The position numbers and the translations under genes are program-made. Below the pieces are notes generated by a model. The model searched no databases, was not told where the DNA came from, and saw only the letters and a program-made list of their open reading frames with translations. Of a stretch of DNA of 64,000 nucleotides, positions 26,061 to 38,587 are shown in pieces (position 1 is the first letter of the stretch; the number at the start of each line of letters is the position of its first letter). The stretch covers positions 56,121,297-56,185,296 of the forward strand of contig NC_057719.1 in the NCBI RefSeq assembly GCF_004010195.1, given 5' to 3'. The DNA is from Chiloscyllium plagiosum. Taxonomy: Eukaryota.

Positions 26061-26363
26061 CAGTGGTTAGCACTGCTGCCTCACAGCGCCGGAGACCCGG
26101 GTTCAATTCCCGCCTCAGGCGACTGACTGTGTGGAGTTTGCACGTTCTCCCAGAGTCTGCGTGGGTTTCCTCCGGGTGCTCCGGTTTCCTCCCGTAGTCC
26201 AAAGATGTGCAGGTCAGGTGAATTGGCCATGCTAAATTGCCCGTAGTGTTAGGTAAAGGGGTAAATGTAGGGGAATGGGTGGGTTACGCTTCGGCGGGTC
26301 GGTGTGGACTTGTTGGGCCGAAGGGCCTGTTTCCACACTGTAAGTAATCTAATCTAATCTAAT
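26061..26363 (+). mobile_element. HE1-type tRNA-derived SINE, nearly full length
   Basis: CAGTGGTTAGCACTGCTGCCTCACAGCGCC, B box GGTTCAATTCC, CR1-like 3' end, (TAATC)n; CpGs retained (young copy). Confidence 0.93.
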
Positions 26364-26569
26364 CACCCTTCCCCTCAGCCTGCAGCTCCTGATCTTGAAG
26401 AATAGGTTCCTGAGTCACAGTCCCATGGCAGCAGTGTCTTTTTCCTCCCAGCATGATCTCCCCCCACCTCCACTCTGTTTCCTCTGGTTTCTGTAGATGA
26501 ACCCAACAGACTTACTATGGCCCATTCCCTTGAAAAGCCTAACTGAACATCCCCAAGGGAGAAGCCTGA

Positions 26570-27592
26570 CTTGGATGTGAACATAGGAGGTATAGTTAGT
26601 TTGCATATGACATCAAATTGGATGTGTCGTGTACAGAGAAGGAGGTTACCTCAGAGTACAACAGGATCTTGATCAGATGGCGAAAATGAGGACTACAGAT
26701 GCTGGAGATTAGAGTCGAGAGTGTGTTGCTGGAAAAGCACAGCAGGTCAGGCAGCATCCAAAGAGCAGAAGGATCGACATTTCAGGCAAAAGCCCTTCAT
26801 CAGGAATGATGGACCAATGGGCTGAGAAGCGGCAGATGGAGTTAATTTAAAAAAATGTGAGGTGCTGCATTTTGGAAAGGTAAATCAGAGCAGGAATTAT
26901 ACACTTAATGGGAAGGTCCTAGGGAGTGCTGCTGAACAAAGAGACCTTGGACTCCAGGTTCATAGTTCCTTGGAAATTGAGTCACAGGTAGATAGGATAA
27001 TGAAGAAAGCGTTTAGTATGCATTCCTTTATTTGTCAGAGCATTGAGTTCAGGAGTTGGGAGGTCATGCTGCAGCTGTATAGGACATTGGTTAGGCCACT
27101 TTTGGAATATTGTTTGCAATTCTGGTCTCCCTCCTATTGGAAGAATGTTGTGAAACTTGGAAGGGTTCAGAAAAGACTTACAAGGATGTTGTCAGGGTTT
27201 GAGCTATAGGGAGAGGCTGAATAGGCTGCGGGTGTTTTCCCTGAAGCATTGGAGGCTGAGAGGTGACCTCATAGAGGTTTATGAAATCATGAGGAGCATG
27301 GATAGGATAAATAGACAGGTCTTTTCCCTGAGTGGGGGAGTCCAGAACTAGAGGGCATAGGTTTAGGGGGAGAGGGGAAAGATTTAACAGGGATCCAAGG
27401 AGCAACTTTTTCATGCAAAGGGTGGTGCATGTTTGGAATGAGCTGCCAGAGCAAGTGATGAAGGCTGGTACAATAACAACATTTAAAAGACATCAGAAAG
27501 GGTAGATGAATAGGAAGGGTTTAAAGGGATATGGGCCAAGTTGGACCTAAGGGTCTGTTACCATGTTGTACATCTCTGAGAATCTATGACTG
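26570..27592 (+). mobile_element. CR1 LINE 3' ~0.9 kb
   Basis: LHFGK, RDLG, LYRTLVRPLLEYC.QFWSP, RRLRGDLIEVY. Confidence 0.93.
26681..26807 (-). mobile_element. PLE family 2 tail with hammerhead (26776-26803), nested in CR1
   Basis: rc CTGATGA agggcttttgcct GAAA tgtc; GATGG duplicated at both junctions. Confidence 0.85.
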
Positions 27593-28229
27593 ATAGCTGC
27601 AGCCCTTCCTGACCTACAGAGGCACAGACCTCAGGATCAAGACCACCTTGACCAGATGGCCAATGCCTGGACTGGAGTGGAAAGTTGCCCTTAGCTGATG
27701 TAAAACCCCCTCTCTGACAGGTGTCTATCCAGGTTTTGGTGAGGACTGCTTCACTAAGACATTGACAGATGGCTGCCTGATAAGCTGCTGGCCCATGATG
27801 CAAGTGTGACATAACCAGGCAGCAAGATGCACATTCCCTTGATTGAGGACTGCTGGCCAGCAAGGCAAGCTGCCTGGATGTTTGACTGCGTTAATTGGCA
27901 TTACAAGGCAATGCAAGGTGTGGATGCTGTGAGCATACAGGTAGGTGCTAAGTGAGCAAGTAACCAACCCTGAGATGTTCTCAAAACACAATTGTTTTAA
28001 CAAGACAGAGGGCAGAATCTTTTCACAAGCTAAAATCATTCTTCCTCAGCAACTCACCAATATCTAGTGAGAAACTTGCCTTGCTGCACATCAAAAGCAT
28101 AAAGATGAAGCAAAATGCTTCTGACTTCAAGATCAGCTTCACCAGACTCCTCATCTAATTCTCTCACAAATTTTGCCCAGCCCACATCACCCAGTGCCCT
28201 AAAACTGTGTCCCCTGTCTTTTTCAGGCT

Positions 28230-28493
28230 AATCCTAAGGGGCAATATTTTCATGCAGAGGGTAGTGTGTGTAACAGAGGGTGGAACAAGCTGCCAGAGGA
28301 AGTGGCAGAGGCTGATACAATTACAATATTTAAAAGGCATCTGATTGGGTATATAAATAGGAAGGGTTTAAATAGATGTGGGCCAAGTCCTGGCAAATGG
28401 GATTAGATTAATTTAGGATATCTGGTTGGCATGGATAAGTTGGACCAAAAGGTCTGTTTCTGTGCTGTAAATGTCTGTGACTCTATGACTCTA
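28230..28493 (+). mobile_element. CR1 LINE 3' fragment
   Basis: Same 3' end as 1455-1700 plus a GACTCTAT tail. Confidence 0.88.
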
Positions 28494-28824
28494 ATTGTTA
28501 GGTTTTGAGAACATCGCTCAAGCGGATGCCACAATCTTCCCAGATTGTTAAAAAAAAACCCACACAGGTATCTTCCACTCATCCAAATGCAGCTGGATCA
28601 GGACCTAAAGGACAACTCCCAAAATGACAGATCTGAATGTAATGCCCAGTCATAGCTCAGGAATTCCTTGCTACTGATACCATTCCAAATAAGACAATCC
28701 ATGAAATAAACTACAACAGCAAGAAACAAACAATGTAAACTGCATATGACATGGAGACAAGAAAATGCACTCACCTTCATCTCGGGTGTCTGTTACCATG
28801 TTTATATGAGGGCAGCAGATTCAT

Positions 28825-29062
28825 AGGAATATTACAACCTGCATGTTCCCCTCCAAATCTCATGTATTCTGACTTGGAAAGATATTATAGTTCCTTCATC
28901 TTTGTTGCATCGAAATCCTCAAATCCCCTCCCGAACAGGATGAATGCATCTTCACCATTTAGCAACTAAGAAGGCAACCCACCATGACATCTACAACATC
29001 AATTAGAGATGGGCAGAAATTCTGACCTTACTCGTGATGTCCACATCCCATAAATGAATAAA
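28825..29062 (+). mobile_element. LINE family B 3' tail, degraded
   Basis: Similar to 31350-31610. Confidence 0.7.
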
Positions 29063-29929
29063 CAGAACCATCCTTTAGTCGTGAATTTTTCCATGTGTTT
29101 CATAAATTATATTTTAAAGTAAAATGTTTATAATCATGCTCAAAAAAGTGCTTTTAATTTTGTAGCTCCAGCTATATTATAGGGATAATATAATCAGGAC
29201 TCTTTCAAGTAAATGAGTAAAAAGAACCATTGCATTTTATAATTTCAAAGTCAATGTTTTGTCTTTTGTTAGAATTAAAGACTTGCCTGGTGTTTATCTT
29301 TTAACAAGAAACTAGCAAGGAATTTATTTTAATTAATAACAACCTAACTTGCAAATAAAATAGCTATAGAATAGAAGTAGCAAGTTCTTCCTAAGGCCAT
29401 GCAAAGTCTATTACCTATTACCACCACAGCCTTTTGAGACTGAACCACCTCTAGGGCCGTTGAAACAAGTGGTTGTTAAGGGAAAGAGGATTATTTTTCA
29501 ATCTGAATTGTAAATGAGCCCTTCATTGACAATCACTGACAAAAACAAAATTTCCTTACCAACAGGCAGGTTTATAAATTGGCTACGTGATTGGAGACCA
29601 ATTGCTTCATGCAACAGATATTAATTAGCAACACAACAAACAATAACAACAGACTACCAATAAAGTATAGCTTGCTCCAAAATTTGCTGTGATTTTTTCA
29701 AAAACAATGTCTCACCATATCAATGATAAAATGAAAGAGCTATGAATATTTCAGTAGACACAACCAACAATGTGGCAGGATGACCCTTCCTCACCTTTCA
29801 GAATCTTCTGTCAAAAGTATATTATATATTGATTATTTAGCGAAGGTTTGAAACCTTCAAAAATTAGACAACTGGAGTCTAGCGACAGTTTGTCCTTGTT
29901 AGGGCAAAGGGCAAGGTTGGTAGATGTAA

Positions 29930-30375
29930 GGAATGCTGGATGACTGGAGAAATTGAGGTCTTGGTCAAGAATAAGAAGGAAGCATATGTCAGGTATTGAC
30001 ACAGAGATCAAGTGAATTCTTTGAAAAGTATAAAGGCAATAGGACTATATTTAAGAGGGAAATCAGGAGGGCAAAAAGGGGAGATGAGATAGCTTTGGCA
30101 AATAGGGTTAAGGAGAATCCATTAAGGACAAAAACGTAACTCGGGAGAAAATAGAACCCCTTAAGGATCAGCAAGGCCACCTATGTGTGGAACCGCAGGA
30201 GATGGAAGAGATACTAAATGAATATTTTGCATCAGTGTTTACTGTTTAGAAGGATATGGTAGCTAAAGAACTTAGGGAAACAAATAATGATAGCTTGATA
30301 AGTGTCCATTTACAGAGGAGGAGCTGTTGGACATCTTAAAATGCATAAAGGTGGATAAATCCTGGTGTACCCTTG
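29930..30375 (+). mobile_element. CR1 LINE internal ORF2 fragment
   Basis: REIRRAKR..EILNEYFASVFT..KVDKS. Confidence 0.85.
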
Positions 30376-30382
30376 AATTTTG

Positions 30383-31612
30383 CATCATCAGTAAAGTGAT
30401 GGAAGGTTTCATCAGCAGTGCTATGAAGCAGCACCTACTCAGCAATAACCTGCTCAGTGATGCTCAGTTTGGGTTCTGCCAGGGCCACTCAGCTCCTAAC
30501 CTCATTATAACCTTGGTTCAAACATGGACAAAAGAACTGAGTTCCAGAGGTGAGATGAGAGTGACAGCCCTGGACATCAAGGCTGCATTTAACCGAGAGT
30601 GGCATCAAGGAGCCCTAGCAAAACTGGAATCAAAGGGTATCCGGGGGGTGGGGGATACTCTCAGATGGTTAGAGTCATACCTTCCCTCCTTCACATGGTC
30701 AGAAGTGGGGATGTTGTTGATGATTGTACAGTGTTAGCACCATTCACGACTCCTCCAAAACAGAAGCAGTCTGTGTCCAAATGCAGCATGACCTGGACAA
30801 TATCCAGGCTGGGGCTAACCAGTGGCAAGTAAAATTCATGCAACATAAATGTCAGGCTATGACTACAACCAACAAGAGACAATCTGACCACCGCCCCTTA
30901 ACATTCAATGGTGATACCATCACTGAATACCCCCAGTATCAAAATCCTGGGAGTTATCATTGACCAGAAACTCAACTAGACTGACCATATAAACACAGTG
31001 ACTACAAGAGAATGTCAGAGGCTAGGAATTCTGTGGCAAGTAATTCACCCCCTGACTCCCTAAAACCGTTCCACCATCTACAAGGCACAAATCAGGAATG
31101 TGATAAAATACTCCCCACTTGCCTGGATGGTTGCAGCCCCAACAACACTCAAGAAGCTTGGCACCATCCAGGACAAAGCAACTCACTGGATTGACATCAC
31201 ATCCACAAGCATCCACTCCTTCCACCTCTGCCGCTCAGTAGCAACAGTGTGTACCACCTACAAGATACACTGCAGAAATCCACAAAAGATCCTCAGACAG
31301 TACCTTCCAAACCCATGACCACATCCATCTAGAAGGACAAGGACAGCAGATTTATGGGAACACCACCACTTTCAAGTTCCTCTCCAAGCCATTCACCATC
31401 CTGACTTGGAAATATATTGCTGTTCTTTTATTATTGCTGGGTGAAAGTCCTGGAATTCCCGCCCTAATGGCATTGTGGGTCAACCCACAGTGGATGGACT
31501 GCAGCAGTTCAAGAAGGCAGCTCACCACCACCTTCTCGAGGACAACTAGGGATGGGCAATAAATGCTCACCAACCAGCGATGCACACATCCCACAAAATG
31601 AATAAATTAAAA
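30383..31612 (+). mobile_element. CR1/L2-clade LINE family B, RT to 3' end
   Basis: ISKVME, QFGFCQGHS, ALDIKAAFNREWH, WLESYL, DDCT, IKYSPLAW; tail GGGCAATAAATGC..GAATAAA. Confidence 0.9.
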
Positions 31613-31619
31613 AAGAAAC

Positions 31620-31910
31620 CAGTTAGCACAGATTAAAGAAATTTGCAAATGAAACAAGGACGATGTAGGAAAAATTGCTTTTTCCCACTGTCAACAGTTT
31701 AGGCTCTGGAATGCATTGCCTGGAATTGTGATGGAGACAAGTTCCATCAAGAAATTTAAAGAACATCAAGTGATTATCCAAATCAATATAATCTGTCAGG
31801 TCATGGGGGAAATATAGGAGAATGGCACTAAGTCATAACGCTTGTCTAGACAATGATGCAGATACAATGGGCCAAATGGTCTGTATTGAAACAATTCTTG
31901 ATTCTGTGTC
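31620..31910 (+). mobile_element. Degraded CR1 3' fragment
   Basis: ..LWNALP.. and GGGCCAAATGG 3' UTR remnant. Confidence 0.65.
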
Positions 31911-33024
31911 TGCATTATTTGATCATTATAGTTAGCTCTAAACATTAAAAATCAAGCATGGAAAGTGAACAAAATCATAAAACACTCAGAAATTTTACTT
32001 TTGTGAAGAAAAGTTACACCAGATTTAAAAATATCTGTTTAACTGTCACATGTGACCATTTTTCACTTGCCATAACAATTAAAAATGGAGTGGATCGGGT
32101 ACTTGGAACACTAAAAGGAGTGTTCAAACAATTATTCACCCATTCTGTGGTGTGTTTGAACATCTGACTGCACTTTTTAACCTACCTAATGCTTGCACAA
32201 ATCACGCAAGAGCCTTAACTTAATATGAAGATTAATGATGATATGGAAATTAGCATAGACTCGATTATCATCAAGGTAGTAAAGTGTGACATACATTATT
32301 TCTGTACCAAAGTAAAGAGCATGAGTTAAAAGATTATGTAGAGATATTGTTTTTTATTCTTATAACTGCTTATCTGTTATTTTTGTTAACTTATTGAACT
32401 CTAAACTATCATGCAACGATATAGCTTTCCAAACTTCAGAAGAGCAAGAGCCAAAACTTCACCCATGCTTTGGAAAACCCAGTCTGTGCACTTGTGAGAT
32501 TGAGAAAATACACATCCGAGCCCATGTGGGACTTTAAGAGGTAATTCTGTCTTTCCACACAGGAGTTGGATTCACAATGTGTTTATGTATTCAATGGAAA
32601 GTATAAGGAGTGCAGGTGCAGAGACTAGCTGATTAGAAGGCCCACTTCAATTCTCTGTCCTTGCATCCAAGCACCCAATATTGCCTGAAGGTCCCCAGGT
32701 CACTCCTTCACTCTGACACCCATTCAGATGCCACTTCATGCCAATTCACATTTGTCATCATACCCCATGCTCCAAACTTTCTGCCATGTCACTTCACATT
32801 TTTCATGCTGCCCCATATCCTCTTACATTCTCTGTGCACATGCAGATCCTTTTATGCTAACCTGTTCCATCTCAAATTCCCATGACACCCCACATACAAT
32901 CAGATTTTCCATGGAATCTCATGCTGCCCCCCCCCCCCCCCTGGTTGCTTCAATGCTAACTCACACCCCCTACATTGTCCCCTGCTGCCATATACCATCT
33001 CTTGAGCTCCCTTTCATTTCTTTC

Positions 33025-33352
33025 AGGCAGCACGGTGGCTCAATGATCAGCATTGCTGCCTCACAGCTCCAGGGACTCAGGTTCAAGTTGACCCCGGTTT
33101 GCACATTCTCCCTGTGTCTCCATGGGTTTCCCCCAGTTTTTTTCCCACAGTCCAAGTATGTGTAGGTTAGATGTATTGACCATGCTAAATTGCCCATAGT
33201 ATCCAGGGATGTGCAGGCTAAATGGGTTAGCCATCAGAAATGCAGGGTTACAGGGTAAAGCAGTGGGACTAGTGGGGTGCTCTTCAGAGGGCCCATGTGA
33301 ACTTGATGAAACAAATGGCCTAGTCCCACGTTAAAGGGGTTCTCTGATTCTA
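33025..33352 (+). mobile_element. HE1-type SINE, degraded
   Basis: GGCAGCACGGTGGCTCAATG head; GCTAAATTGCCCATAGT body. Confidence 0.85.
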
Positions 33353-33544
33353 CGCTACTTACATAGAATGTAACATGTACAACTCTTCAGTTCCTTGCAT
33401 AAAGATGGGAGATATTTGTAAATAATTGGAAAAACGTTAAACATCTAACAATCTTAAGAAAATTCTGATTTCAAAGTGTTATTGATACTTGACCAGATAT
33501 CCAAGGGAAAAATAATTTGTAAACAAACTGTATCAAAGACAAAC

Positions 33545-34900
33545 AGTTAAACCTTACCAGAAATCAGCAGTGTTATCGTCGAGTTTCATAAAGTGTTTTT
33601 CTCTGCGAGGTCCAGCAAGATTTCTCGTGCCATCGTTACAAAGATAGCTCCTTAACCATACACCCTGCGGTGCCCCTCTCATCCGTTGCTGGCCAAATTC
33701 TCACACTCACGGGAGTTGCAAGTATTTGTCACTGCTTCGCCTTCTGGGATTCCAGGGCACCATATTTGAAAGGCCCTTTGTTGCCAAGTTATGGCAGCCC
33801 TGAGCTGCCCTGCATGGCTCCTGATAGTTGCCCTGGTCATGGCAGACAAGGGAAAACCGGTGCCCCAATTTGCAGATAGGAACCTAGAAGTTCCTGTGGA
33901 TGGGGCTGTGCAGATGAGGGCTGTCCTCTTTCCTCAGGACCAATGGAGAGACCATGATGCCAGACCCTGCCAGTTTGACCTTAGTGCAGTCTCAAGCATT
34001 CCAAGGAATGCCTGGCAGGGTAGAAAATAGGTGACTGCCCTTCTTCAGTCTCCAAGGGTGAGTGTCATCCCCTACTATCTGTTACCTCACACTTAACCTC
34101 TCTCTCCGACTGAACACACCTCCCATCAAGGCTCATCCTCTTCGACTCTCACTATTGCATTAAAAATTTTGCTTCACTTGCTCTTACCCACCCCAATCAC
34201 CTTCACCCAGCACTGCTAAGCCTATGTGGCCTTGTGATGCAGACTGTCACATGGGACACCTCACCACTTTTCCTCATCTGCACCAGCCACTTGCGCATTA
34301 TTCAGTCCCTCCCTTTGTCTGATTCCAGGGGAAAATGGTCCATAAAAGGACAGAAAGAGCTAAGGTAGTTGGTGGGGCTCCTCATCCCCTATGAAGAGAG
34401 GATTGTGACACTCGCTAACAGGGTCTGGGACCAGTCTTGTGGAGGTACAGAAACATCCATCTCTTGGCAATCAATTTCAAAGTGTAGCCATTAGTGAACA
34501 GAACCGCATTACTTCACCCAGACATGAACTCAGCTCCTGAGGCACTTATACTACATTCACAAAACTCTGAGCAGATTCTTACATCTTTTTGTCAGTTTCA
34601 TTTGGCATGCCTGGTGGTTTCTCTCCATGAGGCCAAGTGAGCTTTCATGTCACATTTTCCTAAACTCATCTCATTAACTACACCTATAGCATCCCTCTTC
34701 CCAGATTCTATGCCCATACTACCAGAAGAACACACAACTCAGCGGAAAAGAACTGCATCATCTTTAAAAGGACTTTGAGCTAACAGCCAGGCACTGGCAT
34801 TTCAAGGCTGACCTGTTAGCTGATGAACAGTCATTCCAAAAATGCCAGAGAAGGGTCAAATGGCACTGCAATTCTCCAACAGGAGCTGGAGGTATCTTTT
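33545..34900 (+). mobile_element. PIF/Harbinger remnant B
   Basis: CpG-containing subterminal region followed by the Myb/SANT pseudogene; 3' limit uncertain, probably resumes after 37110. Confidence 0.55.
33839..34460 (+). pseudogene. Harbinger Myb/SANT-like DNA-binding protein pseudogene, two exons
   Basis: Exon 1 33839-34057 MADKGKPVPQFADRNLEVPVDGAVQMRAVLFPQD..AVSSIPRNAWQGRK*VTALLQSPR; phase-0 intron GTGAGT..ATTCCAG 34058-34328; exon 2 GKMVHKRTERAKVVGG..PYEERIVTLA. Confidence 0.8.
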
Positions 34901-35731
34901 ACTTATTCATGACAAGAGGGTAGCACTGGCTATGCCAGCATTTATTGCCCATCCCTAATTGCCCAGAGAGCAGTTAAGAGTCAACCACATTGCTGTCAGT
35001 CTGGAGTAACATGTAGGAAAGGATGGCAGTTTCCTTCCCTAAAGGACATTAGTGAATCAGATGCATTTTTTCCAACCATCCACAAATCTCATTATTTGAC
35101 TCATTATAAGACATTCATCATTAGACTCTTAATTCCATATATTTATTGAATCTAAATTCCACCATAGTGGATAGCAAAGAAGGTTACCTCAGAGTACAAC
35201 AGGATCTTCATCAGATGGGCCAATGGGCTGAGAAGTGGCAGATGAAGTTTAATTTAGATGGATGTGAGGTGCAGCATTTTGGAAAGGCAAATCAGGGCAG
35301 GACTTATACACTTGATGGTAAAGTCCTGGGGAGTGGTGCTGAACAAAGAGACCTAGGACTGCAGGTTCATAGTTCCTTGAAAGTCCCAGACAAATAGGAT
35401 AGTGAAGAAGGCATTTGGTATGCTTTCCTTTATTGGACAGGCCATCGAGTATAGGAGTTGGGAGGACTTGTTGTGGCTGTACAAGACATTGGTTAGGCCA
35501 CTTTTGGAATATTGTGTGCAATTCTTATCTCCCTCCAATAGGAAGGATGTTATGAAACTTGAAACGATTCAGAAAAGATTTACAAAACTGTTTCCAATGT
35601 TGGAGGATTTGAGCTACAGTGAGAGGCTGAACAGGCTGGGGCTGTTTTCCCTGAAGCATCGGAGGCTGAGGGGTGACCTTATAGAGGTTTATAAAATCAT
35701 GAGAGGAATGGATAGGGTAAATAGACAAGGT

Positions 35732-36705
35732 TGAAAATGTGTTGCCGGAAAAGCGCAGCAGGTCAGGCAGCATCCAGGGAACAGGAGAATCGACGTTTTG
35801 GGTCCAACCAGTCCATGCCGACCGTAATCCCAAACTAAACTAGTCCCACCTGCCTGCTCCTGAACCATATCTCTCCAAACATTACTTATTGATGAACTTA
35901 TCCAAACTATCTTTTAAGTGTTGTAACTGTACTCGCATCTAACACTTCCTCAGAAAGTTCATTCCTCACACGAACCAGTCTCTGTGTAAAGAAATTGCCC
36001 CTCATGCCTTTTTTAAACCTTTCCCTTCTCCCCTTAAAAATATGCCCGCCATTCTTGAAAGCCTCCACTCCAGGGAAAAGACACCTGCTGTTTACCCTAT
36101 CCATGTCCTTCATGATTTTATAAACCTCTAAAAAGTCACCCCGCAACCTCCTACGCTCCAGTGAAAGAACTCTCAGCCTATCCAGCTACTCCTTATAGCT
36201 CAAACCCTCCAGTCCCAGCAACATCCTGGTAACTCTCTTCTGAACCCACTCCAATTTAATAATATCCTTCCTATAGCAGGGCGAGTGGAACTGGACACAG
36301 CACACCAGAAAAGGCCTCACCAAGGTCCTGTACAGCCTCAGTACTCGGATTTCACCAGTTTCCTCATTCCCCCTCCCCCCACCTTGTCTCAGTCAAATCC
36401 ATCGAATTCAGCACCGCCTTCCTAACCTGCAATCATCTTCCTGACCTCTCCGCCCCCACCCCAGTCTGACCTATCACCCTCACCTTGACCTCTTGCCACC
36501 TATCACATTCCAGACGCCCCTCCCCCAAGTCCCTCCTCTCTACCTTTTATCTTAGCCTGCTGGACAAACTTTCCTCATTCCTGAAGAAGGGCTTATGCCC
36601 GAAACGTCGATTCTCCTGTTCCCTGGATGCTGCCTGACCTGCTGTGCTTTTCCAGCAACACATTTTCAGCTCTGATCTCCAGCATCTGCAGACCTCACTT
36701 TCTCC
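35732..36705. mobile_element. Composite PLE insertion: inverted PLE tails enclosing a minus-strand CR1 fragment (~35803-36345)
   Basis: Perfect 14-bp TSD TAAATAGACAAGGT (35718-35731/36706-36719); 35732-35802 is an inverted copy of ~36598-36668. Confidence 0.9.
36581..36608 (+). ncRNA. Minimal hammerhead ribozyme motif (PLE), intact core
   Basis: CTGAAGA a GGGC ttat GCCC GAAA CGTC; palindromic ACGT; GUC cleavage triplet. Confidence 0.8.
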
Positions 36706-38299
36706 TAAATAGACAAGGTCTTTTCCCTGGGGTGGGGGAGACCAGAACTAAAGGGCATATGGTTAGGGTGAGAGAGGAAAGATTTAAAATGGATCTAAGG
36801 GACAACTTTTTATTGCAGAGAGTGGTACATGTATAAAATGAGCTGCCAGAGGAAGTAGTGGAGGCTGGTACAACCACAACATATAAAAGGCATCTGGATA
36901 GGTATATGAATAGGAAGGGTTTAGAAGTGCTGGCAAATGAGACTAGATTAGGTTAGGATATCTGGTCGGCATGGATGAGTTGGACCAAAGGGTCTGTTTC
37001 TGTTTTGTACATCTCTTTGACTGTACGACTCTATCTGCCGTGGTGGGATTCGAACCCAAATCCCTCAGAGACTACCTAGATCTCTGCAATAATGATCCAG
37101 CAATCATAACAGTACAGCACCCATACATCCCTAGCCAATTGTACATTCCAAAGGAAGGCTGACCTCTTCCTGAACAACTGCCAGAGGAGGCCATGCCACT
37201 ATATTCTGGAATCTTGGTTTGAGATCACCACCCCCAGGTCACTGTTGTTTCTAACTGTAGGCTTCATAGCTCCCCAGGTCTGTACCCAAATCATTTACAT
37301 GAGCCTGTAACTGCTAACCTCATGTCCAACCATAGCCATTGGCATACGAGGTGACTAGGCCACATGTAGACATACATGCAGCCCCTAATCCCCACAAATA
37401 GGTGATCAAGCATCCTTCCCACAGCAGTGTACCACCCCCACCAACGTTTCCACACCCCCACCCCACCCTCAACTTTCCTTTTAGTTTCTGTAGAAGGAAT
37501 ACAATAGACTGACTCTGGCCCATCCCGTTGAGCTGTTTTGAGTCTATAAAGTTACCAAAATGAATAATGAAAAATACTTTTTCATTCTCTGTTGATGATA
37601 TACACAGGCAGACATACAAATGTAGTCCCTCTTTTTAAAAACAAAGATGCATAATTTATAAAGTGAATATTTTACATAGGTAAATGGAATCTCCAGTCAT
37701 CTCAAAATACATCCTGTTCTTCACTCCAGCAGTACCTTTCCATCATTTTGCACATCTTCCCAAGGAGACTGTATTGCCTCTTTCACAAATCATATGCATC
37801 CTTTCACAGATAGAAAGACTTTTTTATCAAAACAATCACAGTCTCTTGGAAATAGGGGACTTGTCGGATTTGGAACATTGATGAAAATACATCATGAACA
37901 GATTAACGAGAAGGAAGATCAATAAAACCACATCAATAATCAACGATATTTGCAAGTGATTAATTCAGATCATTCATGGAATACGTTTCAGTTTTTCTGA
38001 AAATATATCAACCTGTCTTGTAGAAAATAACTTTGAGCAATTATATTACTTATTTACATCATGTATTCAGTTCATTAAACTAGAGAGCTGAGAGTCAATA
38101 AAAGTGAAATATGAGCATTTGCAAGCTTTAAGAATAGAAAAGAAACTTCAGATTCCCAAATGGCAATGCTCATTTAATTAATACCCTAACAATGAAGATT
38201 TCATACAACTGCATTGCTACATTAATAATGATGAGACACTGTTCGTAATAAGCTAATGATTCTCATATCAGCGGATACATTAAACTACATTTCAAACTT

Positions 38300-38548
38300 G
38301 TGATCTCCACCATCTAGAAGGACAACGGAAGCAGATAGATGGGAATACCAATAAATCCAAGTTCCACTCCAAGCTACACACCATTTTGGAATGATGCCTC
38401 TCTGTTATGGGGTCAAAACTCTGGAACTGCTTTCCTAACAGTCATACACCACATGGACTGCATTGTCTCAAGAATGCAGCTCAGCACCACCTTCATAATG
38501 GCAATTAGAGACAGTGAATAAATGCTGGCCAAGCCAGAACTTGTCAAC
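38300..38548 (+). mobile_element. LINE family B 3' tail
   Basis: CCATCTAGAAGGACAA..AATAAATGCTGGCC, as at 31326-31570. Confidence 0.8.
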
Positions 38549-38587
38549 TTTCTGTAAATGATTGTTTAAAGAATGATATTAATATGA

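Larger units (their letters stand above)
35165..37033 (+). mobile_element. CR1 LINE 3' ~0.9 kb, split by a PLE composite
   Basis: WAEKWQMKFN, LYKTLVRPLLEYCVQF, RRLRGDLIEVYKIM; resumes at 36706. Confidence 0.92.
34900..37110 (-). mobile_element. tRNA-derived SINE with LINE-B tail, split by CR1 (pieces ~34900-35165 and ~37033-37110)
   Basis: Rejoins as AAATTCCACCAT-CTGCCGTGGTGGGATTCGAACC (rc B box GGTTCGAATCC); tail CAGCATTTATTGCCCATCCCTAATTGCCC matches LINE B. Confidence 0.75.

Noticed and set aside
26061..26130. tRNA-like A/B boxes (also 39340-39410, 48190-48260, 54463-54530)
   Set aside because: SINE heads continuing into the HE1 body, not tRNA genes.
33556..33665. Apparent minus-strand exon (GVWLRSYLCNDG..FMKLDDNTADF) ending at a GTAAGG donor
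   Set aside because: Lies in the CpG-containing subterminal region of the Harbinger remnant, has a poor acceptor and no recognised homology.
37680..37923. Open frame VNGISSHLKIHP..EKEDQ* after an AG
   Set aside because: No recognisable domain or partner exons; length compatible with chance.
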